Positions 1 through 11,971 of a DNA stretch of 32,068 nucleotides are shown in pieces (positions within the stretch are counted from its first letter, which is position 1; the number at the start of each line of letters is the position of its first letter). Source of the DNA: Omnitrophica WOR_2 bacterium RIFCSPHIGHO2_02_FULL_67_20 (GTDB lineage Bacteria; Omnitrophota; Gorgyraeia; Aquiviventales; Aquiviventaceae); NCBI GenBank assembly GCA_001805695.1, contig MHGT01000007.1, positions 19,001 through 51,068 of the forward strand, in the 5' to 3' direction. The notes under the pieces were generated by a model that ran no database searches, was not told the origin of the DNA, and saw nothing but the letters and a program-made list of their open reading frames with translations. The position numbers and the translations under genes were made by a program.

Positions 1-534
1 GCGGTGGTCGATGACGGCACGGCGAGCGTCGAGACCCGCCTGGGGGCGATCCGGGACCTGGCGCTGGCCCGGCGCTCGACGGATCCCGGCGACGACCTGC
101 TCGTCGTCGGCACCGACAACCTGTTCCGCTGGTCGCTCGCCCGGTTCGTGCAGGAAGCCCGGCGCCATGCCCCGAAGCCGAGCCTGGCGCTCTGGCGGGC
201 GAAGTCGTTGGACGCCGTGAAAGAGTTCGGCGTCGTCACACGGGACCCGACGATGCGCGTCACCGCGTTCGTGGAGAAGTCGTCGCAGCCCCCGTCGGCG
301 GAGGTGGCGCTGTGCGTCTACTTCTTTCCCGGGCCGATGTGCGGGGACATCCAGCGGTTCCTGGACGGCGGGGGCAATCCCGACGCGCCCGGCTACTTTC
401 TCGAGTGGCTGGTGCGGCGGGGCGAGGTCTACGGCATCATGATGCCGGGCGCGTGGTATGATATCGGCTCGCTCGACTCGTACCAGACGGTGCTCAAGGA
501 ATGGCCGCAAGCGGGTGAGGAGTCCGGGGTGTAG
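1..534 (+). CDS. Sugar-phosphate nucleotidyltransferase family protein, 5'-truncated by window edge
   Basis: NTP_transferase-like motifs: DDLLVVGTDNLF, FGVV, FVEKS..P.S, CVYFF, DAPGYFLEWL, WYDIGS. Frame is open from base 1. Confidence 0.85.
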   Translation, partial: AVVDDGTASVETRLGAIRDLALARRSTDPGDDLLVVGTDNLFRWSLARFVQEARRHAPKPSLALWRAKSLDAVKEFGVVTRDPTMRVTAFVEKSSQPPSAEVALCVYFFPGPMCGDIQRFLDGGGNPDAPGYFLEWLVRRGEVYGIMMPGAWYDIGSLDSYQTVLKEWPQAGEESGV

Positions 535-578
535 GGTGAAGGGGTCATCTGCCAAGATCATTCGATAGGAGACCAGAC

Positions 579-1724
579 ATGCGGCGTCATCTGTTTACGT
601 CGGAGTCCGTGACGGAGGGACATCCCGACAAGATTGCGGACCAGATCTCCGACGCGGTGCTCGATGCCATCTATGAGAAGGACCCGAACGGCCGCGTCGC
701 CTGCGAGGCGCTGGTGACCACGGGCCTCGCGTTCGTCGCGGGCGAGATCACCACCTCGTGCTACATCGAGATCCCCCAGATCGTGCGCGAGACAATCCAC
801 CGCGTCGGCTACGTCGAGCCGGAGCACGGGTTTGCCTGGAAGACCTGCGGGGTCGCGACGGCCATCCAGGCCCAGTCGCCGGACATCGCTCTGGGGGTCG
901 ACAAGGGCGGGGCGGGGGACCAGGGCATGATGTTCGGTTATGCGACCCGGGAAACGCCCGAGCTCATGCCGCTGCCGATCATGCTCGCCCACCGCCTGGC
1001 GCGGCGCCTGGCCGAGGTGCGGAAGCAGCGGCTGGTCGACTACCTCCGGCCTGACGGCAAGACGCAGGTGACGGTGGAGTACCACGACGGGCACGCGGCG
1101 CGCCTCGAGGCGCTGGTCGTCAGCGCCCACCACAAGGCCGGCGTGTCCATGGCGCGGATCCGCGGCGATATCAAGCGGCTCGTCATCGAGCCGGTCGTGC
1201 CCAAGCTGTGGCTGGACCGGAAGACCAAGATCTTCGTGAACCCGACCGGCCGTTTTGAGGTCGGCGGGCCGATGGGGGACACCGGCCTGACCGGGCGGAA
1301 GATCGTCATGGACACCTACGGCGGCGTCATCGGCCACGGCGGCGGCGCGTTCTCGGGCAAGGACCCGACCAAAGTCGACCGCTCGGCCGCCTACATGGCC
1401 CGCTACGTGGCGAAGAACCTGGTCGCCGCGGGCGTCGCGGACCGGTGCGAAATCGAGCTCGCCTACGCCATCGGCGTCGCGGAGCCGGTGTCCATCATGG
1501 TCAACACCCATGGCACGGGCAAGCTCTCCGAGGCGAGCCTCCTGAAGATCATCCGGGAGCTCTTCGACCTGACGCCGGGAGGCATCATCCGCACGCTGAA
1601 GCTCCGCCGGCCCATCTACTTCAAGACCGCCGCGTACGGCCATTTCGGCCGCGAGAATGAAGGATTCCCATGGGAAGAAGTGGACCGCGTCAAGGACATC
1701 CAGCGCTCGGCGCGCCACCACTAG
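579..1724 (+). CDS. metK: S-adenosylmethionine synthetase
   Basis: [43 protein letters not shown] and TAAYGHFGR signatures; GGAG RBS upstream. Confidence 0.99.
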   Translation: MRRHLFTSESVTEGHPDKIADQISDAVLDAIYEKDPNGRVACEALVTTGLAFVAGEITTSCYIEIPQIVRETIHRVGYVEPEHGFAWKTCGVATAIQAQSPDIALGVDKGGAGDQGMMFGYATRETPELMPLPIMLAHRLARRLAEVRKQRLVDYLRPDGKTQVTVEYHDGHAARLEALVVSAHHKAGVSMARIRGDIKRLVIEPVVPKLWLDRKTKIFVNPTGRFEVGGPMGDTGLTGRKIVMDTYGGVIGHGGGAFSGKDPTKVDRSAAYMARYVAKNLVAAGVADRCEIELAYAIGVAEPVSIMVNTHGTGKLSEASLLKIIRELFDLTPGGIIRTLKLRRPIYFKTAAYGHFGRENEGFPWEEVDRVKDIQRSARHH

Positions 1725-1729
1725 ATCAG

Positions 1730-1757
1730 TAGGCAGAAAGCAGAAGGCAGCAGGCAG
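1730..1757 (+). repeat. Heptamer tandem repeat (NAGGCAG x4), single arm
   Basis: TAGGCAG AAAGCAG AAGGCAG CAGGCAG between metK and ahcY. Confidence 0.75.
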
Positions 1758-1779
1758 CGAACCGAGGGAGAGGAGTCGC

Positions 1780-3111
1780 ATGGCGAGCCTAACCGCAGAG
1801 CGAGTGGAGACGCAACATGGAGCGAAGCGCTCGATGACCCGACGGAATCCATCCCGCGCGTCCCACATCGCGAATCCCAATCTGGCGAGCGCGGGACGCT
1901 CCAAGATCGATTGGGCGGAGGGCCAGATGCCGGTGCTGGGGCAGATCCGCCGCCGGGCGGCGAAGCGCCGGCCGCTCAAAGGGATGCGCCTGGCCTGCTG
2001 CCTCCACGTGACGACGGAGACGGCGCACCTGATGCTCACGCTCAAAGCCGCCGGTGCCGCGGTCACGCTCTGCGCCTCCAACCCGCTCTCGACCCAGGAC
2101 GACATCGCCGCCAGCCTCGTGAAGGACTTCGGGATCTCGGTCTACGCCGTCCGCGGCGAGGACCGCGACACCTACTACGACCACATCCACGCCGTCCTCG
2201 CGCGCTCTCCCCACATCACGATGGATGACGGCGCGGACCTGGTGTCCACCATTCACAAGCAGCCGCACCGCTTCGGGCAGGACATCATCGGCGGGACCGA
2301 GGAAACGACGACCGGTGTCATCCGGCTCAAGAGCCTGGACGCCCAGGGCAAGCTGCGCTACCCGGTCATCGCGGTCAACGACGCCGACACCAAGCACCTG
2401 TTCGACAACCGCTATGGGACGGGCCAGTCCACGATCGACGGCATCCTGCGCTCGACCAACCGGCTCCTGGCCGGGTCGGTCTTCGTCATCGCCGGCTACG
2501 GCTGGTGCGGGAAGGGGCTGGCGCAGCGGGCCAAAGGTCTGGGGGCTTCCGTCATCGTGACTGAAATCGACCCTATCAAGGCGCTGGAAGCGGTGATGGA
2601 CGGGTTCCAGGTGATGACCATGAAGCAGGCGGCTTCGCGCGGCGAGTTTTTCGTCACGGTGACGGGTTGCTCGAACGTCGTGACCGCGGAGCATGTGGCG
2701 CGGATGAAGGATGGAGCGGTAGTCGCCAACTCCGGCCACTTCGACGTGGAGATCGACCTGGAGGGGGTGAAGCGGATCGCCGCGCGGCGCCAGCAGATGC
2801 GGGAGCACATCACCCAGTTCACGCTGAAGGACGGCCGGCGCGTCAACGTGCTCGGGGAAGGGCGGCTGGTGAATCTGGCCTGCGCCGAGGGGCACCCGCC
2901 GGGGGTGATGGACATGTCCTTCGCCAACCAGGCGCTCTCCGCCGAGTACCTCGTCCAGCACAGCCGCCGCCTGGAGCCGCACGTCTATTCCGTGCCGAAG
3001 GAGATCGACCGCGAGATCGCCCGGCTGAAGCTCGCGGCACTCGGCGTCTCACTCGACCGCCTGACGCCGGAGCAGCAGAAGTACCTCTCGAGCTGGGAAC
3101 TCGGCACGTAG
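1780..3111 (+). CDS. ahcY: Adenosylhomocysteinase
   Basis: [64 protein letters not shown]. Start is either ATG 1780 (AGGAG upstream) or ATG 1834. Confidence 0.97.
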   Translation: MASLTAERVETQHGAKRSMTRRNPSRASHIANPNLASAGRSKIDWAEGQMPVLGQIRRRAAKRRPLKGMRLACCLHVTTETAHLMLTLKAAGAAVTLCASNPLSTQDDIAASLVKDFGISVYAVRGEDRDTYYDHIHAVLARSPHITMDDGADLVSTIHKQPHRFGQDIIGGTEETTTGVIRLKSLDAQGKLRYPVIAVNDADTKHLFDNRYGTGQSTIDGILRSTNRLLAGSVFVIAGYGWCGKGLAQRAKGLGASVIVTEIDPIKALEAVMDGFQVMTMKQAASRGEFFVTVTGCSNVVTAEHVARMKDGAVVANSGHFDVEIDLEGVKRIAARRQQMREHITQFTLKDGRRVNVLGEGRLVNLACAEGHPPGVMDMSFANQALSAEYLVQHSRRLEPHVYSVPKEIDREIARLKLAALGVSLDRLTPEQQKYLSSWELGT

Positions 3112-3114
3112 CAA

Positions 3115-3211
3115 GGTAACCAGTAACCGGTTACCAGCAACCAGCAAGAGCGCCGAAAACCGAAACCGGTAACCAGAGCTTCTGGTTACCGGTTACTGGT
3201 TTCTGGTAACG
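3115..3211. repeat. Inverted heptamer arrays (GGTAACC-type) with a perfect 14-bp stem; possible bidirectional terminator
   Basis: GGTAACC AGTAACC GGTTACC AGCAACC ... AACCGGTAACCAGA-gct-TCTGGTTACCGGTT ... GGTTACT GGTTTCT, between convergent ahcY and lptG. Confidence 0.85.
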
Positions 3212-3224
3212 CCGGCGCCGCCGG

Positions 3225-4301
3225 TTACGGGGTGCGCCGGAGGACCCGGACGCACCACCACACGGCCAGCACGTGCGGCGTCCAGACGGCGACGAGCACC
3301 GGCACCAGAGCGCGCTTGCCCATCCCCTCACAGAAGCCCACCAGCAGATAGTAGCCGATGCCCCAGGCCAGGCTGATCCCCAGCCCCTTGAGGTTGCCGC
3401 GGAGCGTGAGCTGGGTCGAGCCCGCGAAGGCGATGAGGCACACCACGAGGTTCATGAGGGGCAGCGTGACCTTCGAGGCGAGCTCGACGGCGTAGCGGCG
3501 CACGTCCATGCCCGTTTGCGCCAGGCGGATGAACAGCAGCCGCAGCTGCCCGTAGCGCATCAGGTCCGGCCGGCTCTGCGGCTCGATGAACGACTCCGGC
3601 TTGACCGGATAGCCGATGAGCCGCTCCACGAACGGCTCCGGTTCCCCCCGCAGTTTGCCCCCCGGTCCCGCCCGGTAGATCGTCCCGTAGAGCAGGAGCC
3701 AGCCATGCTTCGTCCAGACCGCCCGGCTCGCGTACAGGCTCTTCGTGGGCTTGTTGCGCCGGTCGTGCTCCAGAACGGTCAGGTTCTCCAGCTCCTGGGC
3801 CTTCAGGTCCAGCACCCGCGCGTGGTAGAGCCGGTTGAACGCGTCCATCATGGCCACGTTCTCGATGCGTTCGTCCGGCGCCCGGCCGCGGAACGACTCC
3901 TGCCGGAGCCGCTCGTACGCCACGGACGTCTTCGGCACGACGAAGTCGTTGACGACGAAGACGGCGAGGCTCGCGAACCAGCCGACGAACAGGAACGGCA
4001 CGCTGGCGCGCAGGAGACTGGTGCCGCTGGCGTTCATGGCCAGGAGCTCCTGGTGGCGGGAGAGCCGCGAAGCCACGAACGCGCTGCTGAGGAGCAGGGC
4101 CAACGGCGAAGCCTTGACGAAGATGAGGGGAAGAAAGTTCAGGTAGTAGCGGGCGACGGTCCCGACCGGGATGTGGTACCGGAGGATCTCATCCAGGTGC
4201 TCAAAGAGGTCGATGACGCAGCTCAGGAAGAGGAAGACGCACAGGCACCACAACCACACCGGCAGGAGCTGCGTGACGGAGTACCGATCCAAGATGCGCA
4301 T
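3225..4301 (-). CDS. lptG: LptF/LptG family LPS export permease (LptG-like)
   Basis: MRILDRY start, ELLAMNASGTS motif, 3+3 TM layout, AVWTPH C-terminus; second gene of a paralogous pair. Confidence 0.88.
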   Translation of the reverse strand: MRILDRYSVTQLLPVWLWCLCVFLFLSCVIDLFEHLDEILRYHIPVGTVARYYLNFLPLIFVKASPLALLLSSAFVASRLSRHQELLAMNASGTSLLRASVPFLFVGWFASLAVFVVNDFVVPKTSVAYERLRQESFRGRAPDERIENVAMMDAFNRLYHARVLDLKAQELENLTVLEHDRRNKPTKSLYASRAVWTKHGWLLLYGTIYRAGPGGKLRGEPEPFVERLIGYPVKPESFIEPQSRPDLMRYGQLRLLFIRLAQTGMDVRRYAVELASKVTLPLMNLVVCLIAFAGSTQLTLRGNLKGLGISLAWGIGYYLLVGFCEGMGKRALVPVLVAVWTPHVLAVWWCVRVLRRTP

Positions 4302-4317
4302 CAGATCCGCAGCCTTT

Positions 4318-4403
4318 GTGTTACGTGTAACGTGTTACGTGTCACGTCAGGGCGACGGCTGCCCGGTCCTTCCACGTAACACGTGACACGTGACACGTGA
4401 CAC
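4318..4403. repeat. Inverted heptamer arrays (GTGTTAC x4 / GTGACAC x4)
   Basis: GTGTTAC GTGTAAC GTGTTAC GTGTCAC, 30-bp spacer, GTAACAC GTGACAC GTGACAC GTGACAC. Confidence 0.9.
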
Positions 4404-4422
4404 GAAGGGGACGCGTTGTCCA

Positions 4423-5514
4423 TTACCTTCGGACGGCGCGGGCGATCAGGATGCTGCTCACGATTCCGCCGACGATGTTCGGGCACCACATCGCCAGCCA
4501 GGGTGCCACCCAGCCCTTCAGGGCCACGGCGTTCATCCCGATGGAGGTGAGGTAGTACGCCATGAAGATCCCGAGGACCCACAGGTAGCTGGTGAGCCGC
4601 TCGTGGTGGTGGAGCCGGAGGCCGAGTGAGAGCCCGAAGGCGACGAAGATCAGCGCCGCGAAGGAGGCGGTGATCTTGCGGTGGAGTTCCAGGCTGACCG
4701 GCAGCGTCTCGATCCCCTGCGCGGCGAGTTGGTGGCGCTCGGCGAGCAGCTCCTTGAAGGTCATCTCCTTGAGCTTCTTGCCCATCCGCTCGGGGTCATC
4801 CTGGTCCGTGCGGAGCGCCATGGTATAGTCCGTGAAGTTGACCTTGTAGAACGAGCCGGGGTGCTTAAGGTCCCACTCGTCCACCGTGCCGTCGTAGAGC
4901 CGCAGTTGCACGCCGCGCTTATTTTGCAGGCGATGGAACTCGCCGTGGTCGGCGATGATGGTTCGCGTCGGGCCGTTGGGCTGCGGTTCGTAGATGCGGA
5001 CCCCCTCGAGCTTCTGCCCCTCCACCCGGTAGACGAAGATGAGGTAGGGCGAAAACTCCTTGATGAAGGTCCCCGCCTCGAGGTAGGCGGTGGGCTGCTT
5101 GACGCCGATGGCCTTAAGCTGCCGGCGGAAGGCCAGGTGCGAGGCCGGCACCAGCCGGTCGTTCACGATGACCAGGGCGACGCTGATGACCGCTCCGACG
5201 AGCAGCAGCGGGAACACGAGGCGGATCGGCGGAACACCGGAGGCGCGCATGGCGATGAGCTCGTAGTCAGTGTTCAGCCGGCCGAACGCGAGCGTCATGG
5301 CGACCAGGCAGGCCATCGGCACGGTGAAGCTTAAGAGATAGGGAATCAGGTAGAGGATGAGCCGGACGATGTCGAACGGGCTCACCCCCTTCGAGACGAC
5401 GAGCTCGGTGAACCGGATGATGTTGCCGATGAGCAGCACCGCCGTCAGCCCTCCCATCGTGACGACGAAGGGGGCGGCGTGCTCGCGCAGGATGTAGGTC
5501 CGGAGGATTCTCAT
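4423..5514 (-). CDS. lptF: LptF/LptG family LPS export permease (LptF-like)
   Basis: MRILRTYILRE, FGRLNTDYELIAMRASG, ELHRK, AMWCPN; first gene of the pair. Confidence 0.88.
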   Translation of the reverse strand: MRILRTYILREHAAPFVVTMGGLTAVLLIGNIIRFTELVVSKGVSPFDIVRLILYLIPYLLSFTVPMACLVAMTLAFGRLNTDYELIAMRASGVPPIRLVFPLLLVGAVISVALVIVNDRLVPASHLAFRRQLKAIGVKQPTAYLEAGTFIKEFSPYLIFVYRVEGQKLEGVRIYEPQPNGPTRTIIADHGEFHRLQNKRGVQLRLYDGTVDEWDLKHPGSFYKVNFTDYTMALRTDQDDPERMGKKLKEMTFKELLAERHQLAAQGIETLPVSLELHRKITASFAALIFVAFGLSLGLRLHHHERLTSYLWVLGIFMAYYLTSIGMNAVALKGWVAPWLAMWCPNIVGGIVSSILIARAVRR

Positions 5515-5518
5515 GAAC

Positions 5519-5583
5519 GGTTCGGGGTTCGGGGTTCGGGGTTCGGAGCCATTTCCCCGAACCCTGATCCCTGATCCCTGAAC
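5519..5583. repeat. Inverted heptamer arrays (GGTTCGG x4 / CCCTGA[AT] x4)
   Basis: ggttcgg repeated four times, short spacer, then cccgaac cctgatc cctgatc cctgaac. Confidence 0.9.
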
Positions 5584-5586
5584 AGT

Positions 5587-6309
5587 CTAGCGCTCATCGA
5601 GCGGGGTCCTTGCGGCGGTCAACACGTACACCCTAGTTGCGCCCGCCCGCTTGAGCGCCAGCGCGCACTCATGAGCGGTGGCGCCGCTCGTGAGCACGTC
5701 GTCCACGAGCAGGATGGTCCGGTCGCGGACATCCCCGGGAAGGGCGGTGAAGGCTTCCCGGACGTTGCGCGAGCGCTCGCGCCATGACAGGCGGGTCTGC
5801 GTCGCGGTCCAGCGCGTCCGCGCCAAGGCGCGCGGCCGGCACGGCTTGCCGAGCGACCGGGCGATGGGGCGGGCCAAGTCCTCCGCCGGGTTGCCGCCGC
5901 CCAGCCAGCGCTTGAGCCCATGGAGCGGGACGGGCACGACCGCCGACACCTCCCCAAGAGGCAGCGACTCGCGCGCCGTCCGAGCCATTCCGTCAGCCAG
6001 CCAGCGGCCCAGTCGCCAGCGGCGGCGGTACTTGAAGCGGCGGATGGCGAGCCGGGCAGGGCCGGCATAACGCCAGGGCGCGCGGGCCAGCTCAAACGCG
6101 CGCGGAGCCTCGCGGCAGGCCGCGCAGTCCATGCGCGCGTCGAAGGCGCCCCGCAGCTCCACGCCGCAGCGCTGGCACGCGGGGGCGAGGGTGGCCGGCA
6201 GGGCGCGCTCGCAGCGGCGGCATACCGTCCGTTCTGCAGGGGAGGGGGCGTCGCAGAGCCGGCACGCCGGCGGATAGAGCAGGTTGGTCAACGCTGCGAA
6301 GAGAAACAC
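5587..6309 (-). CDS. comF: ComF family protein (zinc ribbon plus phosphoribosyltransferase)
   Basis: LLYPPAC..C and further CxxC pairs, VPVPLH, ILLVDDVLTSGAT; GTG start. Confidence 0.92.
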   Translation of the reverse strand: MFLFAALTNLLYPPACRLCDAPSPAERTVCRRCERALPATLAPACQRCGVELRGAFDARMDCAACREAPRAFELARAPWRYAGPARLAIRRFKYRRRWRLGRWLADGMARTARESLPLGEVSAVVPVPLHGLKRWLGGGNPAEDLARPIARSLGKPCRPRALARTRWTATQTRLSWRERSRNVREAFTALPGDVRDRTILLVDDVLTSGATAHECALALKRAGATRVYVLTAARTPLDER

Positions 6310-6319
6310 GCGCTATGAT

Positions 6320-6389
6320 AACGCTGATGCACGCTGATGGCAACGCTGATTCCAGGCGGATGACGTGGATGATGAAGCTTGACGCTGAT
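6320..6389 (+). repeat. Degenerate nonamer repeats (ACGCTGAT core)
   Basis: aacgctgat, cacgctgat, aacgctgat, aggcggat, gacgtggat, gacgctgat in the divergent intergenic gap. Confidence 0.7.
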
Positions 6390-6416
6390 ACGGCCGTCCG
6401 CTAGTCTAATGATGAT

Positions 6417-8710
<2,294 letters not shown>

Positions 8711-8711
<1 letters not shown>

Positions 8712-8908
8712 TGGCCAGCAAAGTTCGAGTGGAGCGCAAGGTCGCGCAGACGGCGCAGGCCGCATCACCGGCGGTCTCGCAGGGGGAGGTCGCGCAGGTG
8801 GCGTATGAGCTGTTTGAGCGCCGCGGAGGCGTGCCGGGGCACGACGTGGAGGACTGGCTTGAGGCGGAGCGGATTGTCAGGGCGCGGCGCCGCGGCGGCG
8901 CGCGATGA
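8711..8908 (+). CDS. DUF2934-like small protein
   Basis: VAQVAYELFERRG...GHDVEDWLEAE pattern; TGATG overlap with the upstream stop. Confidence 0.85.
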
Positions 8909-9327
8909 TCCCACCACCTGCGCCAGCCCCGGTCCGGAAGCCGTGCATCCTCATTGTGGACGACGTGCAGAACATCCTCGCCGTGGTCTCGCGCCGCCTC
9001 CAGAGCTGGGGCTACGAGCCGCTGATCGCGGAGAGCGGCGAGGAGGGGCTCGCCATCGCTGAGGCACAACTCCCCGACCTCATCCTGCTCGACGTCATGA
9101 TGCCCAAGATGAAGGGGCGGGAGGTGTGCGCGCGCCTCAAGGCGAACCCGAAGACCCAGCACATCCCGGTCATCTTCACGACCGCCCTCGGCCTCGCCGA
9201 CCACATCAAGGCGGGGATGGACTTGGGCGCGGCGGACTACATCGTGAAGCCCTTCGAGCCGGCTGAGTTGAAAGAACGCATCGCGAGTGTGTTGGCCCGC
9301 CATCAGCGCGCTGGGAACTCACCCTGA
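8905..9327 (+). CDS. Single-domain response regulator (receiver)
   Basis: ILIVDD, PDLILLDVMMP, IPVIFTTA, DYIVKPF; ATGA coupling. Confidence 0.95.
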   Translation: MIPPPAPAPVRKPCILIVDDVQNILAVVSRRLQSWGYEPLIAESGEEGLAIAEAQLPDLILLDVMMPKMKGREVCARLKANPKTQHIPVIFTTALGLADHIKAGMDLGAADYIVKPFEPAELKERIASVLARHQRAGNSP

Positions 9328-9330
9328 GGC

Positions 9331-9381
9331 AACGCGGATAGATCATCTGCGTAATCCAGCTTTTCAATCGGCGTAATCAGC
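9331..9381. repeat. Degenerate nonamer repeats, inverted arrangement
   Basis: aacgcggat followed by atctgcgta, atcggcgta, atcagc, which are reverse complements of the ACGC[TG]GAT-type unit. Confidence 0.55.
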
Positions 9382-9489
9382 ACCTTGGGGCAGTGCCCGT
9401 CCATCTCCCCTCTAGACCCTCCGTCGAGATTGTGCGACAATAGTGCTTGGCCTATCCGTGTTTTGCATCCCACCACGTTGAAAGGACCA

Positions 9490-10854
9490 ATGGCACCGAG
9501 CGATCACCCATCCAGCACGCCCGTTCCGGCAGCACCCCTGGCGCCTGCTCCACCGGGACCGATGTTCGATGACTTGGGGCTGCACGCGGACCTCCTCAAG
9601 AGCATCCACGACATGGGCTTCATCCGGCCCACGCCCATCCAGGCGCAGGCGATTCCGGTCATCCTCTCCGGCCGGGACGTCATCGGCCTGGCCCAGACCG
9701 GCACCGGCAAGACGGCCGCCTTTGTCCTGCCCATCCTCCACCGGCTCCTGCTGGGCCGGCACAGCCGCCACGTCCGCACCCTCATCGTGGCACCGACCCG
9801 GGAGCTCGCGCTCCAGTCCATGGAGCAGATCAAGGGGCTCTCGCGCCACGTCCCGCTGAAGGGCGTGGCCATCTTCGGCGGCGTGCCGATGGAGCCGCAG
9901 ATCACCGCGCTCGCCCATGGGGTGGACATCATCTCGGCGACCCCGGGCCGGCTCCTCGACCACATCTACTCGGGCCGCATCGACTTCATCGACCTCAGCG
10001 TGCTCGTCCTCGACGAGGTGGACCGGATGCTCGACATGGGCTTCCTGCCCGACATCCAGAACATCCTGCGCCTCCTGCCGCCCAAGCGGCAGAACCTGGT
10101 GTTCTCCGCCACCCTGCCGCCGGAAATCCAGAAGCTGGTCCACCAGATTCTGCACGACCCGGTGACCATCCAGATCGGCCAGCGCTCCTCGCCGGCCGTC
10201 GGCATCCGCCACGCCGTGTACCCGGTGCCGCGGCACCTGAAAACCGAGCTCCTCATGCGGCTCCTCCGCCAGCCCGACATGAGCTCCGTCCTCATCTTCA
10301 CCCGGACCAAGTCCTACGCCTCGCGGCTCTCGGAGGCACTCGGCCAGAAGGGCCTCAGGGTGTCCGTGCTGCACGGCGACCGCAGCCAGAGCCAACGCCT
10401 GCGCGCGCTCGAACAGTTCCGGAAGGGCCGCAGCCAGGTCATGGTGGCGACCGACATCGCGGCCCGGGGCCTCGACATCGACGACATCAGCCACGTCATC
10501 AACTTCGATGTCCCGAACACCCCGGAGGACTATGTCCACCGCATCGGCCGCACCGCGCGCGTCGATGCGACCGGCGACGCCTTCAGCCTCATCTCGCACG
10601 ACGAAGAGCCCATGATCACCGAGATCGAGAAATCGCTCAAACGCACACTCCCCCGCGTGACCCTGCCCGACTTCGATTACAAGCGCGGCGGACCCGGCCC
10701 TTCGCACACCCGTCCCGCGCACGCCGGCCACCACGGTCGCGGCGGCCCTCACCGGCCCGGATCTTCCCACGTCTCCGGCGGTCCTCACGGGTTCGGCGCT
10801 CCCCGCCGGCGCCGCCGCGGCGGCAGCGGACACGGCCCAGGCCGGCCGCACTAA
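9490..10854 (+). CDS. DEAD/DEAH-box RNA helicase (RhlE-like)
   Basis: PTPIQ, AQTGTGKT, PTRELA, TPGRL, DEVD, SAT, ARGLD, YVHRIGRTAR; Gly/Arg/His-rich tail; AAGGA RBS. Confidence 0.95.
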   Translation: MAPSDHPSSTPVPAAPLAPAPPGPMFDDLGLHADLLKSIHDMGFIRPTPIQAQAIPVILSGRDVIGLAQTGTGKTAAFVLPILHRLLLGRHSRHVRTLIVAPTRELALQSMEQIKGLSRHVPLKGVAIFGGVPMEPQITALAHGVDIISATPGRLLDHIYSGRIDFIDLSVLVLDEVDRMLDMGFLPDIQNILRLLPPKRQNLVFSATLPPEIQKLVHQILHDPVTIQIGQRSSPAVGIRHAVYPVPRHLKTELLMRLLRQPDMSSVLIFTRTKSYASRLSEALGQKGLRVSVLHGDRSQSQRLRALEQFRKGRSQVMVATDIAARGLDIDDISHVINFDVPNTPEDYVHRIGRTARVDATGDAFSLISHDEEPMITEIEKSLKRTLPRVTLPDFDYKRGGPGPSHTRPAHAGHHGRGGPHRPGSSHVSGGPHGFGAPRRRRRGGSGHGPGRPH

Positions 10855-10857
10855 CAG

Positions 10858-11928
10858 ATGCACATCGGCCTCGTCGGCCTGCCGCAGGCGGGGAAGAAGA
10901 CGCTCCTGCGCCTCCTCACGCGGGTGGACGCCTCGGCGGCATCACCGGGCAATGGCGCGGTCCCCGGCGTCTGCCCGGTGCGGGACCCGCGCGTGGACCG
11001 TCTCGCCGCGCTCTACCAGCCCAAGAAAATCACCCACGCGACCATCCAGTACCTCCTCATGCCGGACCTCACCAAAGATTCCCCCAAGAACCAGGAGCTG
11101 TTCCGCTCGCTCCTCAACGTGGACGTGCTGGCCGCGGTCGTGCGCGCCTTCACGGACGAGGCGGTCTTCCACCTCGAGGGGTCGGTGGATCCGCTGCGGG
11201 ACATCGACATGATCCTGGCGGAGCTCATCCTCAACGACTTGCTCTTCGTCGAGAAGCGGCTCGAGCGGATCGCCAAGGAGCGCACTCAGCGCAGCGGGAT
11301 GGACCGGGCCAAGGAAGAAACCCTGCTGAAGGCATTCCAGGCCCGCCTGAACGACAGCCTGCCGCTGCGCACGCTCGAGCTCAGCCCAAATGAGCAGCAG
11401 CTCTTGAGCGGGGCACCCCTCCTCTCCTGCAAGCCACTCCTGCTCATCCTCAACGTCGGAGACGAGGACGTGCGCGACAAGCGCCTTGCGGACGACGTGG
11501 CGCAGCGCTGGGCCGCCCACCAGGTCCATGTCGTGCAGGTGTCGGCCAAGATCGAGGAAGAGCTGGCGGCACTCGAGGACCCGGCGGAGCGCGCCGCGTT
11601 CCTGAAAGAGCTCGGCATCGCGGAGTCGGCGATTGACGTCCTCACCCGCGTCAGCTACGAAGCGCTCGGACTCATCTCCTACTTCACGGTCGGCCCTGAC
11701 GAGGTGCGGGCCTGGACGGTGCGTCGGGGCTCGGCAGCGCCGGCGGCGGGCGGCGTCATCCATTCCGACATCGAGCGCGGGTTCATCCGCGCGGAGCTCA
11801 TCAAGTATGGCGACCTCATCAGTCTGGGCAGTGAGCAGGCGGTGGCGAGTGCGGGCAAGGCGCTGTTGAAGGGGAAGGAGTACGTCGTCGAGGACGGCGA
11901 CATCCTCAACTTCCGCTTCAGTGTGTGA
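10858..11928 (+). CDS. YchF-like (DUF933/TGS domain) protein with divergent G motifs
   Basis: IGLVGLP.AGK, DPRVDRL, GLISYFTVGPDEVRAW, AGGVIHSDIERGFIRAE, GKEYVVEDGDILNFRF. Confidence 0.9.
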   Translation: MHIGLVGLPQAGKKTLLRLLTRVDASAASPGNGAVPGVCPVRDPRVDRLAALYQPKKITHATIQYLLMPDLTKDSPKNQELFRSLLNVDVLAAVVRAFTDEAVFHLEGSVDPLRDIDMILAELILNDLLFVEKRLERIAKERTQRSGMDRAKEETLLKAFQARLNDSLPLRTLELSPNEQQLLSGAPLLSCKPLLLILNVGDEDVRDKRLADDVAQRWAAHQVHVVQVSAKIEEELAALEDPAERAAFLKELGIAESAIDVLTRVSYEALGLISYFTVGPDEVRAWTVRRGSAAPAAGGVIHSDIERGFIRAELIKYGDLISLGSEQAVASAGKALLKGKEYVVEDGDILNFRFSV

Positions 11929-11971
11929 GATGAGGAGACAGGATGCAGGACCCCGGACGGGAGGAAAAAAG

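Noticed and set aside
523-545. Heptamer repeat before metK (GGGGTGT AGGGTGA AGGGGTC)
   Set aside because: Too short and degenerate to call with confidence.
1758-1836. SAH riboswitch upstream of ahcY
   Set aside because: CCGAGG, GCAAC and GCGCTC pieces occur, but the core GAGGAGCG..UGC..CCAGGCUCGG arrangement is missing and the segment may be coding. An Rfam scan would settle it.
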